A DNA stretch of 50,848 nucleotides, the filler included, from Catajapyx aquilonaris (lineage: Eukaryota), in the NCBI GenBank assembly GCA_000934665.2. It is 3 parts of 3 records of this genome, joined end to end, with 100 filler letters (N's around TTAATTAATTAA, not from the genome) between each part and the next. Parts side by side here need not be neighbours in the genome. Positions count along the whole stretch, not along the records: positions 16,991 to 33,885 come from JYFJ02007083.1; positions 33,986 to 50,848 come from JYFJ02007084.1; 1 more part is not named here. One strand, given 5' to 3'. The notes below the pieces were generated by a model. That model searched no databases, was not told the DNA's origin, and saw only the letters and a list, made by a program, of their open reading frames with translations. Numbering within the stretch: the first letter of the stretch is position 1; each line of letters begins with the position of its first letter. Positions 21,165-34,869 of the stretch are shown piece after piece. The position numbers and the translations under genes are program-made.

Positions 21165-24100
21165 TGCTATCGAATATTGGCACTTCGGCGTGTAAGGAAT
21201 TTCAGAAGCAATGTCACAGCGGAGAGTGCATCCCAGACCTGGCCTGGTGTGACGGTGTTACAAACTGTGCTGATTCCAGTGACGAGAATAACTGTGTCCG
21301 TGATGAAAATTCGTGCCGGCAAAATGAGTTCAAGTGCCTCACAGGACTACCCAAATGTATTCTCCTCGAGTGGGTCTGCGATGAAGACAAGGATTGCCTG
21401 GACGGATCGGACGAGACCATCGGCTGCAGCAATTTTGTAAGTCACATTGCACAGAATGAGATCAATACGCTTATCTCTATATGAACTAGTTACGTAAGAT
21501 TGCTATGAAAAGTGGTTCTTAATAAAGGAATGTACAAAAGTTGTGGAAAATAAAACTGTACAGTACGTCTCATATACTACACATAGATGAAGTGTCAAAC
21601 TAATTTTTCCAGATTGGTACCCGTTCACTAGTCAATTGTATCGCTTGAGGGATGATCATAGTTTCACTGCCATTTACATCACTTCAGTTTCCCGGACTCA
21701 GATCAATCATCTCATCAGGTTTTTCATTATTGTCTCGGTTGAAATGGCAGGAATTTGCTGAGAGCCAGTGGCAGCGTCAAGTTGCAAATATAATGTGGCT
21801 AACATATTTCACATATTCAACTAAACTAATGTAAGAAGCATCAATAATCACTGTCATACATGTCAAAAAAGATGCTCGGTCCAGACGTAGATTATCCTAT
21901 ATTCATTTATTATATCCTATTAGCTCATCAAAAAGAGTGCTTATTTTTTTGCCAGTTTCACGAGGGTTATATCGCGCCAGGACATATTTGAACGAACCTA
22001 TTTTGGACAAATATTACTCTTGTACAGTGCATAACTTTCTACCCTTTTATACCATTCTAGAGTGTTTGCCATCAGACCTTCCGATGCAAAACTGGGCAAT
22101 GTCTTTCTTGGGAACTCCGCTGCGATGGTGAATCAGACTGCAACGATGACAGTGATGAGAAGGACTGCGATGGAGTCAAGGTGGAGAACTGCCATCTTTC
22201 AGAACAAAAATTTAGGTGCGAGGACCAGAGTTTCTGCATCCCCCTGGCCAACGTATGCGATGACCATCTCCACTGCAAGGACGGCTCGGATGAGGGAGAG
22301 TCTTGCAACACCCCTTCCTGTGCAACTGCCAAGTGCACTAACTCCTGCAAGAATGGACCAAAAGGACCCATGTGCTACTGCAAGAAGGGCTGGAACCTGG
22401 CCGAAGATGGGCGCAGTTGCATTGACAACAATGAGTGTGCCGAATGGGGAGTGTGCTCACAGGCCTGTCTGGACACATCAGGAAGTTTTACATGCACTTG
22501 TTCACCTGGATTCCTGCTGCAGGTTGATATTTACACTTCAACTTTCCAGCAAGGAAAATACTGAGGCAAAATAATTACACACTTAGATGTCCTTTAGATG
22601 ACAGTATCATTAGACCAATTTCTATAATGCATTCACAGATTCGAGATTCTCATATATTGATCTTTATATGTTGGTCATACAAGAACTTGAGATAGGCATA
22701 GGGTGCATCCAGAGAGAAACCAGTATTAGAAGATAACACCTAATTATTTGCAATTTTCAGCCTGATGGCCACTCATGTCGTACTGACGAGCCAGAAGCAG
22801 AAATCCTTGTGGCAGCGAAGTCGTCCATTCGAGGTGTAGGTCTTCGTTCCAGACGAGAACGAACACTACGTGGCAATATGCACCAGGTGGTCGCCGTTGC
22901 ATACGAGCTTCATGGACCCCATGGCCCACGCATGTACTGGAGTGAAGTAGCAGAGAATAACCGTGCAATCTGGCGTGCAACACTTCCACCTACAAACAAC
23001 AGCAGTGTCACAACTGCTAAAGATGACTCCAAGAAACTACTCTCGGATGGACTAAGTGTACCAGAGGCCATAGCAGTGGACTGGGTGGCTGGAAACCTGT
23101 ACTTGAGTGATGCCAGGACTCAGATGATCTCGGCTTGTGGACTGGAAACAATGGAATGCACTATTCTGTCTCGTGATGACCTGAGTCCAAGAGCATTGGC
23201 TTTGGCACCCACACATGCGTTCCTCTTCTGGACTGCATGGGGGAAGGACAGGGCAAAGGTCATGAGGTCAGGTATGGATGGTTCATCTCCTACTGCTATT
23301 GTCTGGGATAATGTCAAGTGGCCCAATGGACTGGCAGTGGACGAGCCAGCTAAAAAGGTTTACATCGCAGATGCACACTTGGATCATCTGGAAGCCATGA
23401 GTTTCAGTGGATGGGGACGCCACACTGTATTATCCCAAGGTATTGTCAATCATCCTTTTGGATTGGCCGTATTTGAGGAGGAGTTGGTATGGAGCGAGTG
23501 GCATGATTCAGTGGTAAAGTCGTGTGACAAGAGGTCAGGTCACAGACACCGGGACCTGCTCAAGGAGATTGGGTTGCAGGCCTTTGGCTTAGTTGTGGCT
23601 CATCCTGCTGCACAAGCTGTGCTGCCCAACCCATGTGCCAATGCCCAATGCCAGAACATGTGCCTCTTGTCACCTGGCAGAGAAATCCCGAACGCAAAAT
23701 GTGCATGTCCCATTGGACGCAAGTTGGGTCGGGATATGCGATCATGTGAGGACTCGCCGGACTCGGACTTGATCATAACTGGTGACGGAAGCAGCCTGAA
23801 AGTTGTGTACATGCCTGCATTGGGAACTGCTGCAGTTCGTGAACTCAACACCACCTTCCAGCGTATTGGTGCAGTCGCCTATGATGCCATCTCTTCTTCA
23901 GTCATTGTCAGTGATGTTCAGAACAACTCTATCGTCTCAGTATCGCTGAGGGATGGATCAACACAAATAATCATTCCTCCTGGGCAAGTTGGATTTGTGG
24001 AAGCCTTAGATGTGGACACGACTGGGCGAATGCTATATTTTGCTGACTCGGAGCATCTCACCATTGAGGTCATTCAGCTGGAACCAGTTAAAGGCAAGAG

Positions 24101-27100
24101 AAGCAGGGCAGTATTATTAAAACACACTGTTGAAAGGCCAGTGTCTCTTGCCCTGGCACCCAACTTGGGCCTTTTGTACTTTGGGATTGCTGGAAGAAGA
24201 GCTAAGATAGAAAAGATGCAAATGGACGGAGGTGCCAGAAAGCCAATAGTACGTGCTGCTATAAGGGAGCCTGTCAGCATGGCCTTTGATCACGCGGCTC
24301 AGGCCCTCTACTGGGTTGATACAACCACAGGCATGCTTGAGAAAGTCGATGTGGATGGATCCAAAAGGCGTGCGGTTCGCCAAAGTATGTCACAACCAGT
24401 GTCTCTCGCGATAATGGCGAACACAGCTTATTGGACTGAGCGGCGCAGCGGTGGACTAGTACGCAGTCTGTCACTGCCCAGTGCTGATCGGGACGGTCCG
24501 ACAGTGCAGGTGGCTAATCCTGGTAGAGAGGCATACTGGATCCGGGTAGCATCGGCATGGAGAAATATACGACCCGAGGCTGTCATTCCAAGTGAGCATC
24601 CCTGCAGCCGTAATAATGGCCAGTGTTCCCACTTGTGCCTCATGCATCCTGGTGGACGCACCTGCTCATGCCCTGATGGACTGGAGATGACATCAGATGG
24701 CTTGACCTGTGGACCTCCACCCAACTGTGCATCAACACATTTCCCCTGCACTGACGGGACTTGCATCCCGGCAAGTGACCAGTGTGACGGGAAACCCGAC
24801 TGTCCTGGATCAGAAGACGAAGCTGGATGCATCTCCCCAGAATTTTGCCTCCCACCCAGGAAATTCATGTGTGACGATGGCACATGCATACTCTCAAGTT
24901 GGAAGTGCGATGAAGAGGAAGACTGCCTGGATGGGTCTGATGAAAGGAACTGCAGCACACGAGTGGCCCCAGTTGAGTGTGCACCAAATCGTTTCCGTTG
25001 CAATGGTGATAACCACTGTATCACGTTACGATGGCGCTGTGACGGTGAAGATGACTGCAGTGATGGATCAGATGAGATTGGCTGCGACCAGGTCACGCAG
25101 ACCAGCTCATATCCTGCCACAATATTTCCTACGTGTCAGATTGGATATTTCCGCTGCTCACCTTTTTCATTTGAATGCGTGCCAGATGCTGCTAAATGCA
25201 ATGGCACATCAGAATGCAGCGGTGGGCAAGATGAGACCCAGTGCATTTGCGCGGCTGGATCGTTTCAATGTCGCAACAGACGCCGTTGTATCCCGATGGA
25301 CTGGTTCTGCGATGGACAAGACGATTGTGGTGATAACTCAGATGAATCTGATCCCCGCTGCATTTTGATCAACAAGCCTGTAGCTAAAAATAACACCAGG
25401 GTGACCCCATGCCAAGAAGGTGAATGGAGCTGTAGAGCTGGTGAGTGTGTGTCACTGGGCGCTGTTTGCGACGACCACATGGACTGTATTGATGGATCCG
25501 ATGAAAGAGGACATTGCTCTGTGTCTTGTTCCACACCTCCCAATGGAGGCTGTGAGGGTGGATGCAGACCCACTCCTGTAGATCCAGTGTGTTCTTGCAA
25601 GCCTGGATTACGACTTCGGCACAACAAGTTTTGTGATGATGTTGACGAGTGTCGCTTACATCCTTCACCTTGCTCTCAGTACTGTAACAACACCTGGGGT
25701 GGATTCGAGTGCTGGTGTGCTCCTGAGTATCAATTATCCCAGGACAACGGCACCTGCAGCGCTCTAGGTCAGTTTAGTAAAAGATACATACGATCACAAT
25801 AACATCTTGCTGAAGGTCTTCAGTTGTATAATGCTACCCTTACACATGCTCAATGTTATTTGCCTTTGAATACTGTATTTGTTGATTTGAGTATATTTAC
25901 GTCAATTAACTTGTTTGGTACGCTACCGTACAAGTTTAGTTATGTTACGAGTAGTATTAGCATAGACTATCTTTCGTGAAAAAGTTAAACAAGAAATATA
26001 ATTTAAAAACATAATCAAATTTATGTACGTGAAATGCATTTTCCTCCATTTCGATTCATGATAGATATTAACTTGTATTTTTTTTCTCCTTCAATGCCAG
26101 GTCCAGAAGCAAAAGTCGTGTATTGTAAGAATATGATAACATGGATTGTCACCATCTATTCTGGGCATTCCTGGCAGCTACCATTACCCCCAGAGGCTGA
26201 CCGTGCTGGTATGGACTTCTGCGCTAGTAAAGGCGAATTATGGTGGAGTACTTCTGAAACCGGCCAAGTACATCGAACCTCAATTTACAGCCAAGACGGC
26301 GGTCATGCCCACCTTGTATTAAAAGGGCTGAAGCGCCCTGGAGCCATAGCTGTAGACTGGATAACTTCTATTTTGTACTATGTTTCCAGAGACTCTGCAG
26401 GTGATTCCATTATGGTGTGTACCACGACGGATCAACCATGCGCCTCTATCCTTCAGCGACTTAACAGATCTGTCACTTCCCTGGCTCTGATTCCGTACGA
26501 CGGACTCATGGTCTGGAGCGAGATATCTTCTGGAGGAGGATTTATATGGAGAGCGGACATGGACGGGAAAAACGCTCGTATACTTGCATCCCACAAAGTG
26601 ACTGCCCCTGTCTCGGTGTCTGTGGACCATCCTTTAAATCGAGTGGCATGGGCCGACTTGGGTGCCAATTTGATCGAGTCCATCGGATTAGATGGACACG
26701 GACGCACGAGGCTGTTCCATGCTCATGTTTCAAGTCCCAGGAGTCTCGTCATTTTCGAAGAAAAGGGAGTTTGGTTTAATGCTGGTTCCGGATCGCTCGT
26801 CAGCTGCCACCAGACACTTGATGTGGACGAATGCAAAGTGCTGGCCTTTAACGTGACAGCAGGGCCTGTCGTTATTGTGCAGCAATCCAGGCAGCCAAAT
26901 GGGACAAATTGGTGTGTGAAGAACAACTGTGAGCATATCTGTGTCCTCAAGCCAGGAGGTAGCGCGTGCATCTGTCCGGATGGTATGACACCTCTGGTGG
27001 GAAAGACTCATAAGTGCATCACTGGAACGCAAAATGTGAGAATTGAAAGCAAATCTTCCCATACGCCTCTCAAATAGTTTAATAAGAAGTCATATACAGT

Positions 27101-27568
27101 TAAGATACACGTTCAGTATATTAGATGGTGTAATCTTGCTTTATCTCAGTAAAATTACTACGGTATATTGCCAGATATTTGGAATCATTGTATGTAGTCA
27201 GATTGATTCCGGCAGATTTAAGACCGAAAAGGCTATTTTAAAAAATAATAATAACTGTTTTAAAAAACCTTCCTCCTGCACAGAATTGGACAGCTTCTGG
27301 AATCGAGCCTAATTTTGACCCCCTCGGAGAAGCTGACATGGGCAATGTAACATCCAGCCGAAAGCCTGAATCTGATCAACCACCACTAGCGATAACTGGA
27401 TCATCCAATCCCTCAACAGCATTGGTGGTGGTATCCATCCTCCTAGTGGTCGTCATCATATGTGTAGTGTCTTTGGCAGCATGGTACGGAAGGAGGTACT
27501 ATGTCCGAACACATCAGTTCCATTCACAATGCGTCCATTTCACCAAGGACATTGAAGAAAACCAGTAG
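21165..27568 (+). CDS. VgR: Vitellogenin-receptor-like LDLR-family protein, copy 1. Exons 21165-21436, 22061-22522, 22761-25767, 26101-27035, 27284-27495/27568; first exon and cytoplasmic tail unresolved
   Basis: GT-AG junctions are phase-compatible. Architecture: 4 LDLa, 2 EGF, YWTD propeller, EGF, propeller, EGF, 6 LDLa, 2 EGF, propeller, EGF, spacer, TM (ALVVVSILLVVVIICVVSLAAWY), i.e. the two-cluster insect VgR/yolkless layout. Confidence 0.8.
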
Positions 27569-30500
27569 AGAGGAGTGTCAATAATTGCTCTTGACAATGT
27601 TTTCTACGTGTCATGAAACGCAAAACATTGAGGCACCTTCAGGATTTGTGCTTCTTGTTCAAATTGAAATGTTCGTTTCAGTTAAGCTTAGCGGTTTTTG
27701 AAAAAAAAATGCTAAAAGTATATCGTTTGCGATATCTGAGGGCAACGCAAAAGGCTCATATTAGGTGCAACACATATGTACGTCTCTTTGGGAAGTGGCA
27801 CAGTAAATTAATGGTCTCAGCCTGACATGTCAATGGGTCACTCACGATGTCTCATCATGATCGGAAATTTATTGCAATACATATATCTAAAAACTATGTT
27901 GATACTCAGCCTTTTGTGCATGCGGTTAGAAGCAAATTGTTTACATCATATAAGCAACAGGTGAAAAATTGCTAACTGAAACGGACCCTTCAATGCAATT
28001 GGAGCACGTTGCGTTAATTCATATGTGGCTGCAAAGGAGGAGTGGCAGTGAGGGAATGGAGAGGTAAAAACTGTAAAAAACTAAAAACTGCGAAACTAAA
28101 AAAAGCCTCTCGGAAATGAATAACAATACCACTGTTCACTGTACCTAGAGTTACGTTATCTTCCGATAGATCTGGTTTTCGGCTAGTTTCAATGATTATT
28201 GGAATGCAAATCTTAGAGGTAGGGTGACTAAGTTAAAAGACGAGTCAGTATTACAGTCTACGTATACAAGTCAAAACGCAGAAGTTATTCCTCCATGCAG
28301 CTTATATCACAAACTATGATATGCATTTTATTCAGAAATTAATAACTCATGCACGGCTATATAATAGTGGTTTTTTGATCGAATAAAAATAAACTGTGTA
28401 TGGGAAGGTTTCATTTCTTCTTTTTCTTTTCATAAATACAGTAATACTAATACATCCCGCCATAACTTCATGGGTGTTTCTGATGTTACGAGAAACTTCT
28501 GAGAGATCTGAATAACATGGTGCCAAAAAGTTAACCCCTTGAAATTGAACCGATTTGAACACTTGATTACCATTGCGTCATGAAATATGGCATGGTCACT
28601 GATGTAACCCTATTCCCCTTTGTTGTTATTATTGTTGTTCCACTGATGGAACATAACCCCTCGCAATTGACAGATAATTCTCAATTACATTCTATAATTA
28701 AAACTGCTGAAGTTTCTCTTTTAAGCGTCAGAACTGGCGAGCTACTATCGAGTACTATCTCAAAGATAATAATGTGCAGAGTACGACATTCCTGCTCAAG
28801 TTCATGGGCTATTCAACTCAGGGTTATGTTTCCTTCTCGGTTTATTTCTGTGCAATGGTCATTAACTGATACTTGCATAAAAATCAGTAAGTAAAATGCA
28901 CTAGTAATTTGTAAATACGCTCTACAATTTACCGCGTTTTGTCGATGAGTGGTTTCACTTAATAATAACCGTCTCCACTGATTGTAATTCATTTACAACA
29001 CATCTGTAGGCCTACGACTTCTTTTCAGGTTTCGAGCAAATGTTTATGGAAAGAACATTTTAGTTAGACAAACTTTGCATCTCAAGGTCACCAAACACTA
29101 ACGGAGGTGACTTGCTTCCATGAAGCTGGGCCTTTATCAAGTGCGTCAGAACTTCGGAGTGATATGAATTATATGGCACAGAGGAATTTCATACAAAATG
29201 ATGTCCTTTAAAAAGCCTTGGAGTAATCTTTAGCAGAAGTTGATGAAAATTTCAGTCCTTCGTTTTATGACACCACATACATTAAGTACGCAATATCAGA
29301 AGATAAGTGGAAGTGTCATCATTTAGTTGCTTAATTTATCTATATACCATTCTTGTAACATTTAGGATGCGAATATGTGCATCCTTTATCTGGATGATAT
29401 AACTTACGGATCACGGGGAGGTCTTCGTTTTTTATTTTTAAACTGCCACCCAATACGCCTGGCCAATGAAAAAAAAAAGTTTATAAGTGACATGAGTTAC
29501 CCAGAGGGATCCTCCAAGGCAAAATGGAGTGGGTTTATGACTCGTCAGTTTCTTGGAGATCACTCCGCTCAACTTCTCCAATATCAACAATCATATGACT
29601 TCACCCAACTTTTTGTATCAAAATAATAACACCACTGATCACGTGAGCATATCATTTTTCGTGTGTTCACTATAGTGACATGGGATATTTGCACATGTCA
29701 CTATGTTGAAGGTGAAATGGGAACTTAGCAGATCCGCGGACTATTGGAATTTTTCTGAATCAATAGAGCAGCATTATGTTTAGTGAAACTGCGACTGCCG
29801 CGACTTGAGACACTTATGGTTATAATTAAAAATGAAATGGTACTTTTAAAATATCGATTGAAAAAAAAACCGTGGCATTAACCTTGCATTTTTTTGCGAC
29901 CACTACTGTACAACTTGGTGACGTGACCCAAGACAAGATACTGAAGGTACTGAATATGACCCATGAATTTCCCGAGAAAGGCTTTATTATTAGATCCATC
30001 TGGAATATATCTGGTAAAACCGCCTGGCAATTCACACATTGTAATAGACTGTCGCCGTCGGTGACAATGACGTCCTCTCTTCAAAGCCACACAAACAAGA
30101 CTGCAGGTAGGTGTATGACCTAGTCGGCAGTGTAATACAATAATACCCATTGACGCAGTTCGATTAGCGATGAGAATATCAGAAGCAAACAACCATCCAT
30201 GTGACCTGAAGGGTCAGCGATATGCATATGCCAAGTGCAATGAGATTGAATATGACAAGATCCTTGACCTTTACGACTGCCCTGCCTCAATAGAGGTCCC
30301 TTGATTTCTATATCAGTTCAGACTTGTTTCCCCCCATTTCATATATTACAACTAGGAATTTCTTGGTACATTTATACCAATTGGTTATGTCTGGCATCAT
30401 TACTCGTCCACGTTATAGCGGACTTATGCAGACGCGAAGTAATCTATAACGAGGAGAAAATGCGACTAATACTACCATTAAATATATCCCCCATCTGCAA

Positions 30501-31044
30501 CATAATCTCTGTCTAAAATATGCAGCAAATATTCATATGATGAATGCTTGTATAAATAATGACAGGAAATGTTTGACTATTTGTTCTATTTGAATATATT
30601 GTCTAGAACTCGATTAGATTCCGTCTACAAGCTGGCTGCCATGCCTGGATGGGACAAGGCCATTTGATTCGAGGACATAGCTCCATATGTATAGCAGTTT
30701 ACCAGGGAAATACCAATGGGGCAGTCAAGAGGTCGGGTTCAAAGGCAGGGGGTGGGGAGGTGGGAAGGACGTTGGGGGTAGACGGACTGAGATCCATGAT
30801 CCTTTGCAAACAAGGAGAGCTAACGAGGGACCCCCCGAGGAAGCACACGTCCTCAGAAGCTGCCAGTTGGTGGTGTACATCAGGTGTGATTTTGTCCAGT
30901 CTATAGAGGTCAACTGAAGTACATCATGGAGAGGTGGCGTTTTTTTAGAGCGCCCCTTTGGATTGTCCTGCCTTGCCTATTTTTCGGTATGCCCAGTTTC
31001 GTTAACGTGTTTGAATGTTGCGCTCATTGTGATTTAAATTTCAG

Positions 31045-33885
31045 TGGTGGAATCTGGGGCTCCAACGTGTAAGGAATTTCAGAAGCAATGTCACAGCGGA
31101 GAGTGCATCCCAGACCTGGCCTGGTGTGACGGTGTTACAGACTGTGCTGATTCCAGTGACGAGAATAACTGTGTCCGTGATGAAAATTCGTGCCGGCAAA
31201 ATGAGTTCAAGTGCCTCACAGGACTACCCAAATGCATTCTCCAAGAGTGGGTCTGCGATGAAGACAAGGATTGCCTGGACGGATCGGACGAGACCATTGG
31301 CTGCAGCAATTTTGTAAGTCACATTGCACAATTTATTTACAATTTTGTTTGATTTTTGTGGCAATGGTAGGTGACAGCTGATTTTTAGTGGCCAAATTGT
31401 TCACTAATGCTGGTATTAATGAAACTTATCACCAAAATTATGGTGATTGTATTACCCTAGTTAAAGGGGCCTTAGTGTGTAATCAGTCTTGCAATATCAT
31501 GTAATTCAATCGAGCCTTGACTGAACAAGATACGACCCTGGAAATCGGGCGTTACTTAACATTGCTAGGAAAAATGTAAATTACCTGACATTACCAGTGT
31601 TTCGTCGAGGCAATTTTAAACAGAAAATTGCAACATTGTTCTTTTAAAATGCGAAATGCTGAAATAATGAAATAAGACACTGTTGATCTTAATACAGTAC
31701 TGGATTAGGAACAACAATTTTCGTTAAGGAATGCAAATCGCCCTATGTTACGAACTCGACTCTTATGGAAGGTGCCAAACTTTCATATCCATCTAGATAT
31801 GTGATGCTAAAAGAAATGCTAATCGCCAAATGTTTGCTCCAATTTGACTGAAGTTGTTAGTGATGTTTGGCATTAAGCTGCTTATCCAGAACAATTCTAA
31901 TCTTGTCATAATATTTTTCATTGGATTGAATGGAGCATGGAGCTGGAAGTAAATAAGCTTAGTTAAACCCATTCGCAGCCTAGACGCTAGACCCCCCTGC
32001 ATTTAACGTTATGGATGATGCATTTTTCAACTAAATCTGAAGATGTTTTGTAAAAAAAAGTGTCCCGAATTTAACAGGTTAAAAGGAGCTGAATAAAAAA
32101 TTGGTCATTAAGTAGAACATGGTGTATATTCCAGCTATAGCAGTGTGGTTGTTAAATTCCTAAGGAAGCACAGGACCTGTAATGCCAAATTAGAGTCCAT
32201 ACAAGAAACTTTTTTTTTTTTTTTCAATGGAGCTACGATTTCTGTCCAGTTGACTGTTTTAATATCAATATGAAAAATCGTAGAACCGATGTGAACACAT
32301 GTCCCATAGCTGCTAATTTTAAAATTTCGCCACTTTCCAACAGCAGCTGCAGATATTCCCGACATGTATTACCAGGAGATACCCAATTTTTCAGGTCACT
32401 AGCTGTTCCACATTTGTGCGTAATTAAGGATTGCATTCTACTGCTTGTGGCTCATTTCCACACCCATTTTAAAGAGTTCACTCTGCGCACAACAGTATTG
32501 TGTAATCGTTAGGGTCATTAAATGTCAGTATAGGCGTAGTGATGAAATGTGACTCAGGCTCGATTGCACCAGTAATGAAGTTTGAAAGAAATCTAACTTA
32601 AATCTAGATCCTCCTGTGTGTATTGCAAACTCTTTAAATATCAAATCATCAGTACTGGACTATGGACCTGATATCAACCCCTCCATGTCTTTCCCTTCCC
32701 TCTCCCCGGTTCTCAATTATTTCACTTCCTATAGCCACAAACACATGCTGGGTATGAAAAAATTAGTTCCACAAGAAAAACAAGAACCTTCGATATTTTC
32801 ATAGCTGGAATTACTTGTATACAGTGCATAATTTTCTGCCCTTTTAAATCATTCTAGAGTGTTTGCCAGCACTTCCAATGCAAAAGTGGGCAATGTCTCT
32901 CTTGGGAACTCCGCTGCGATGGTGAACCAGACTGCAAGGATGGCAGTGACGAGAAGGACTGCGATGGAGTCAAGGTGGAGAACTGCCATCTTTCAGAACA
33001 AAAATTTAGGTGCGAGGACCAGAGTTTCTGCATCCCCCTGGCCAACGTATGTGATGACCATCCCCACTGCAAGGACGGCTCGGATGAGGGAGAGGCTTGC
33101 AACACCCCTTCCTGTGCAACTGCCAAGTGCACTAACTCCTGCAAGAATGGACCAAAAGGACCCATGTGCTACTGCAAGAAGGGCTGGAACCTGGCAAAAG
33201 ATGGGCGCAGTTGCATTGACAACAATGAGTGCGCAGAATGGGGAGTGTGCTCACAGGCCTGCCTCGACACATCAGGAAGCTTTACATGCACTTGCTCACC
33301 TGGATTCCTGCTGCAGGTTGGTATTTACACTTCAACCTCCCAGCTAGGGGTCCAAAGTTGATTTCATATGCACTTGGGAGATAGGCGTGGGGTGCATCCA
33401 GAGAGAATTAAATGTAAAACATGACAAATAATATATTATTCTGCATTTTCAGCCTGATGGCCACTCATGTCGTGCTGACGAGCCAGAAGCAGAAATCCTT
33501 GTGGCAGCAAAGTCGTCCATTCGAGGTGTAGGTCTTCGTTCCAGACGAGAACGAACCGTACGTGGCAATATGCGCCAAGTGGTCGCCGTTGCATACGAGC
33601 TTCATGGACCCCATGGCCCACGCATGTACTGGAGTGAAGTAGCAGAGAATAACCGTGCAATCTGGCGTGCAACACTTCCACCTACAAACAACAGCAGTGT
33701 CACAACTGCTAAAGATGACTCCAAGAAACTACTCTCGGATGGACTGAGTGTGCCAGAGGCCATTGCAGTGGACTGGGTGGCTGGAAACCTGTACTTGAGT
33801 GATGCCAGGACCCAGCTGATCTCGGCTTGTGGACTGGAAACAATGGAATGCACTATTCTGTCTCGTGATGACCTGAGTCCAAGAG
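31045..33885 (+). CDS. VgR: Vitellogenin-receptor-like gene, tandem copy 2. Exons 31045-31313, 32858-33316, 33453->gap; partial
   Basis: Open in-phase exons nearly identical to copy 1 with the same splice positions; sequence ends at the N gap. Confidence 0.75.
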
Positions 33886-33985
33886 NNNNNNNNNNNNNNN
33901 NNNNNNNNNNNNNNNNNNNNNNNNNNNNNTTAATTAATTAANNNNNNNNNNNNNNNNNNNNNNNNNNNNNNNNNNNNNNNNNNNN
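33886..33985. other. Assembly gap with artificial TTAATTAATTAA linker
   Basis: N44-TTAATTAATTAA-N44. Confidence 0.97.
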
Positions 33986-34869
33986 TTCGGCGTCCAATGA
34001 ATTTGTTGATGTATGATCTGCGAGGCTAATTACTCTCTGGGTTGCGCCACTCGGGGGCATATGGATATTATCAATTGTTGGTATCAATTAACCAACAATT
34101 TATGGCATACTTGAGGTTCAATATATTAATAATGGTTGTGATATATTTTTTAAAATTAAATAACATTTGAGTTAAGTAATCTACTATTATTCCACAGAGG
34201 AAATAGTTCAAAACCACTCGAAATAAGTGCCCGTGGCAATTTGGAGGTCATCCGAAGTTGGTCCTGACTGGAGCTTATTAGTTGATAAAGTTAGAAGGGC
34301 CAAGTTTCGGAGGAAAAAGGTTTTCCTGGCGAGTTGATCAAGTAGCAAAGTCCCCTGGAAGTAATCCCGAGGGCGTGAAATCCCAGTTAATCCCATAGAT
34401 GCAAACCCCCTCCCCGTGTATACTATACCTATATAACCATGGGACGCTTGGGAAAGGGAGTTTAAGTCGGAGAGACATGTGACTAATGATACGGCGCTAA
34501 TGCAGATTTTCAGCGCCACTTTCTACACTCTCCAATGGGAAAGTAATAAATGGGCTTGGGTCTATAGGAGGGGCGATTGAAGAGGGACGATTTAAAACGG
34601 TTGCTATAGATGAGAGCACTCCGAAAAACGTTTACTGCGAGGGATCAAGTCAGAGTTTGGGCTGTCATTTATTTACAGTTTTGCATATCCCTCCAGCACA
34701 GATTTACAGGCTTAAAGTGCGGAGAGTAGATTTTCCTGCGCCGACATTGCTTTGTTCCACTTCGCGTAATTGCGATGCGTTTTTGTTGGGACGAAATGTA
34801 CAGTACAGAGAGGGAGCTCCATGCATTTAGTACCGTAGTAAAATTAGTTCTTTATATTCTCCATGAATG

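Noticed and set aside
24428..25627. Long antisense and alternate-frame ORFs over the VgR exon
   Set aside because: Shadow ORFs of Cys/Asp-rich LDLa coding sequence with no independent motifs.
34208..34519. 103-aa minus-strand ORF as a displaced family exon
   Set aside because: No module Cys pattern or matching splice phases.
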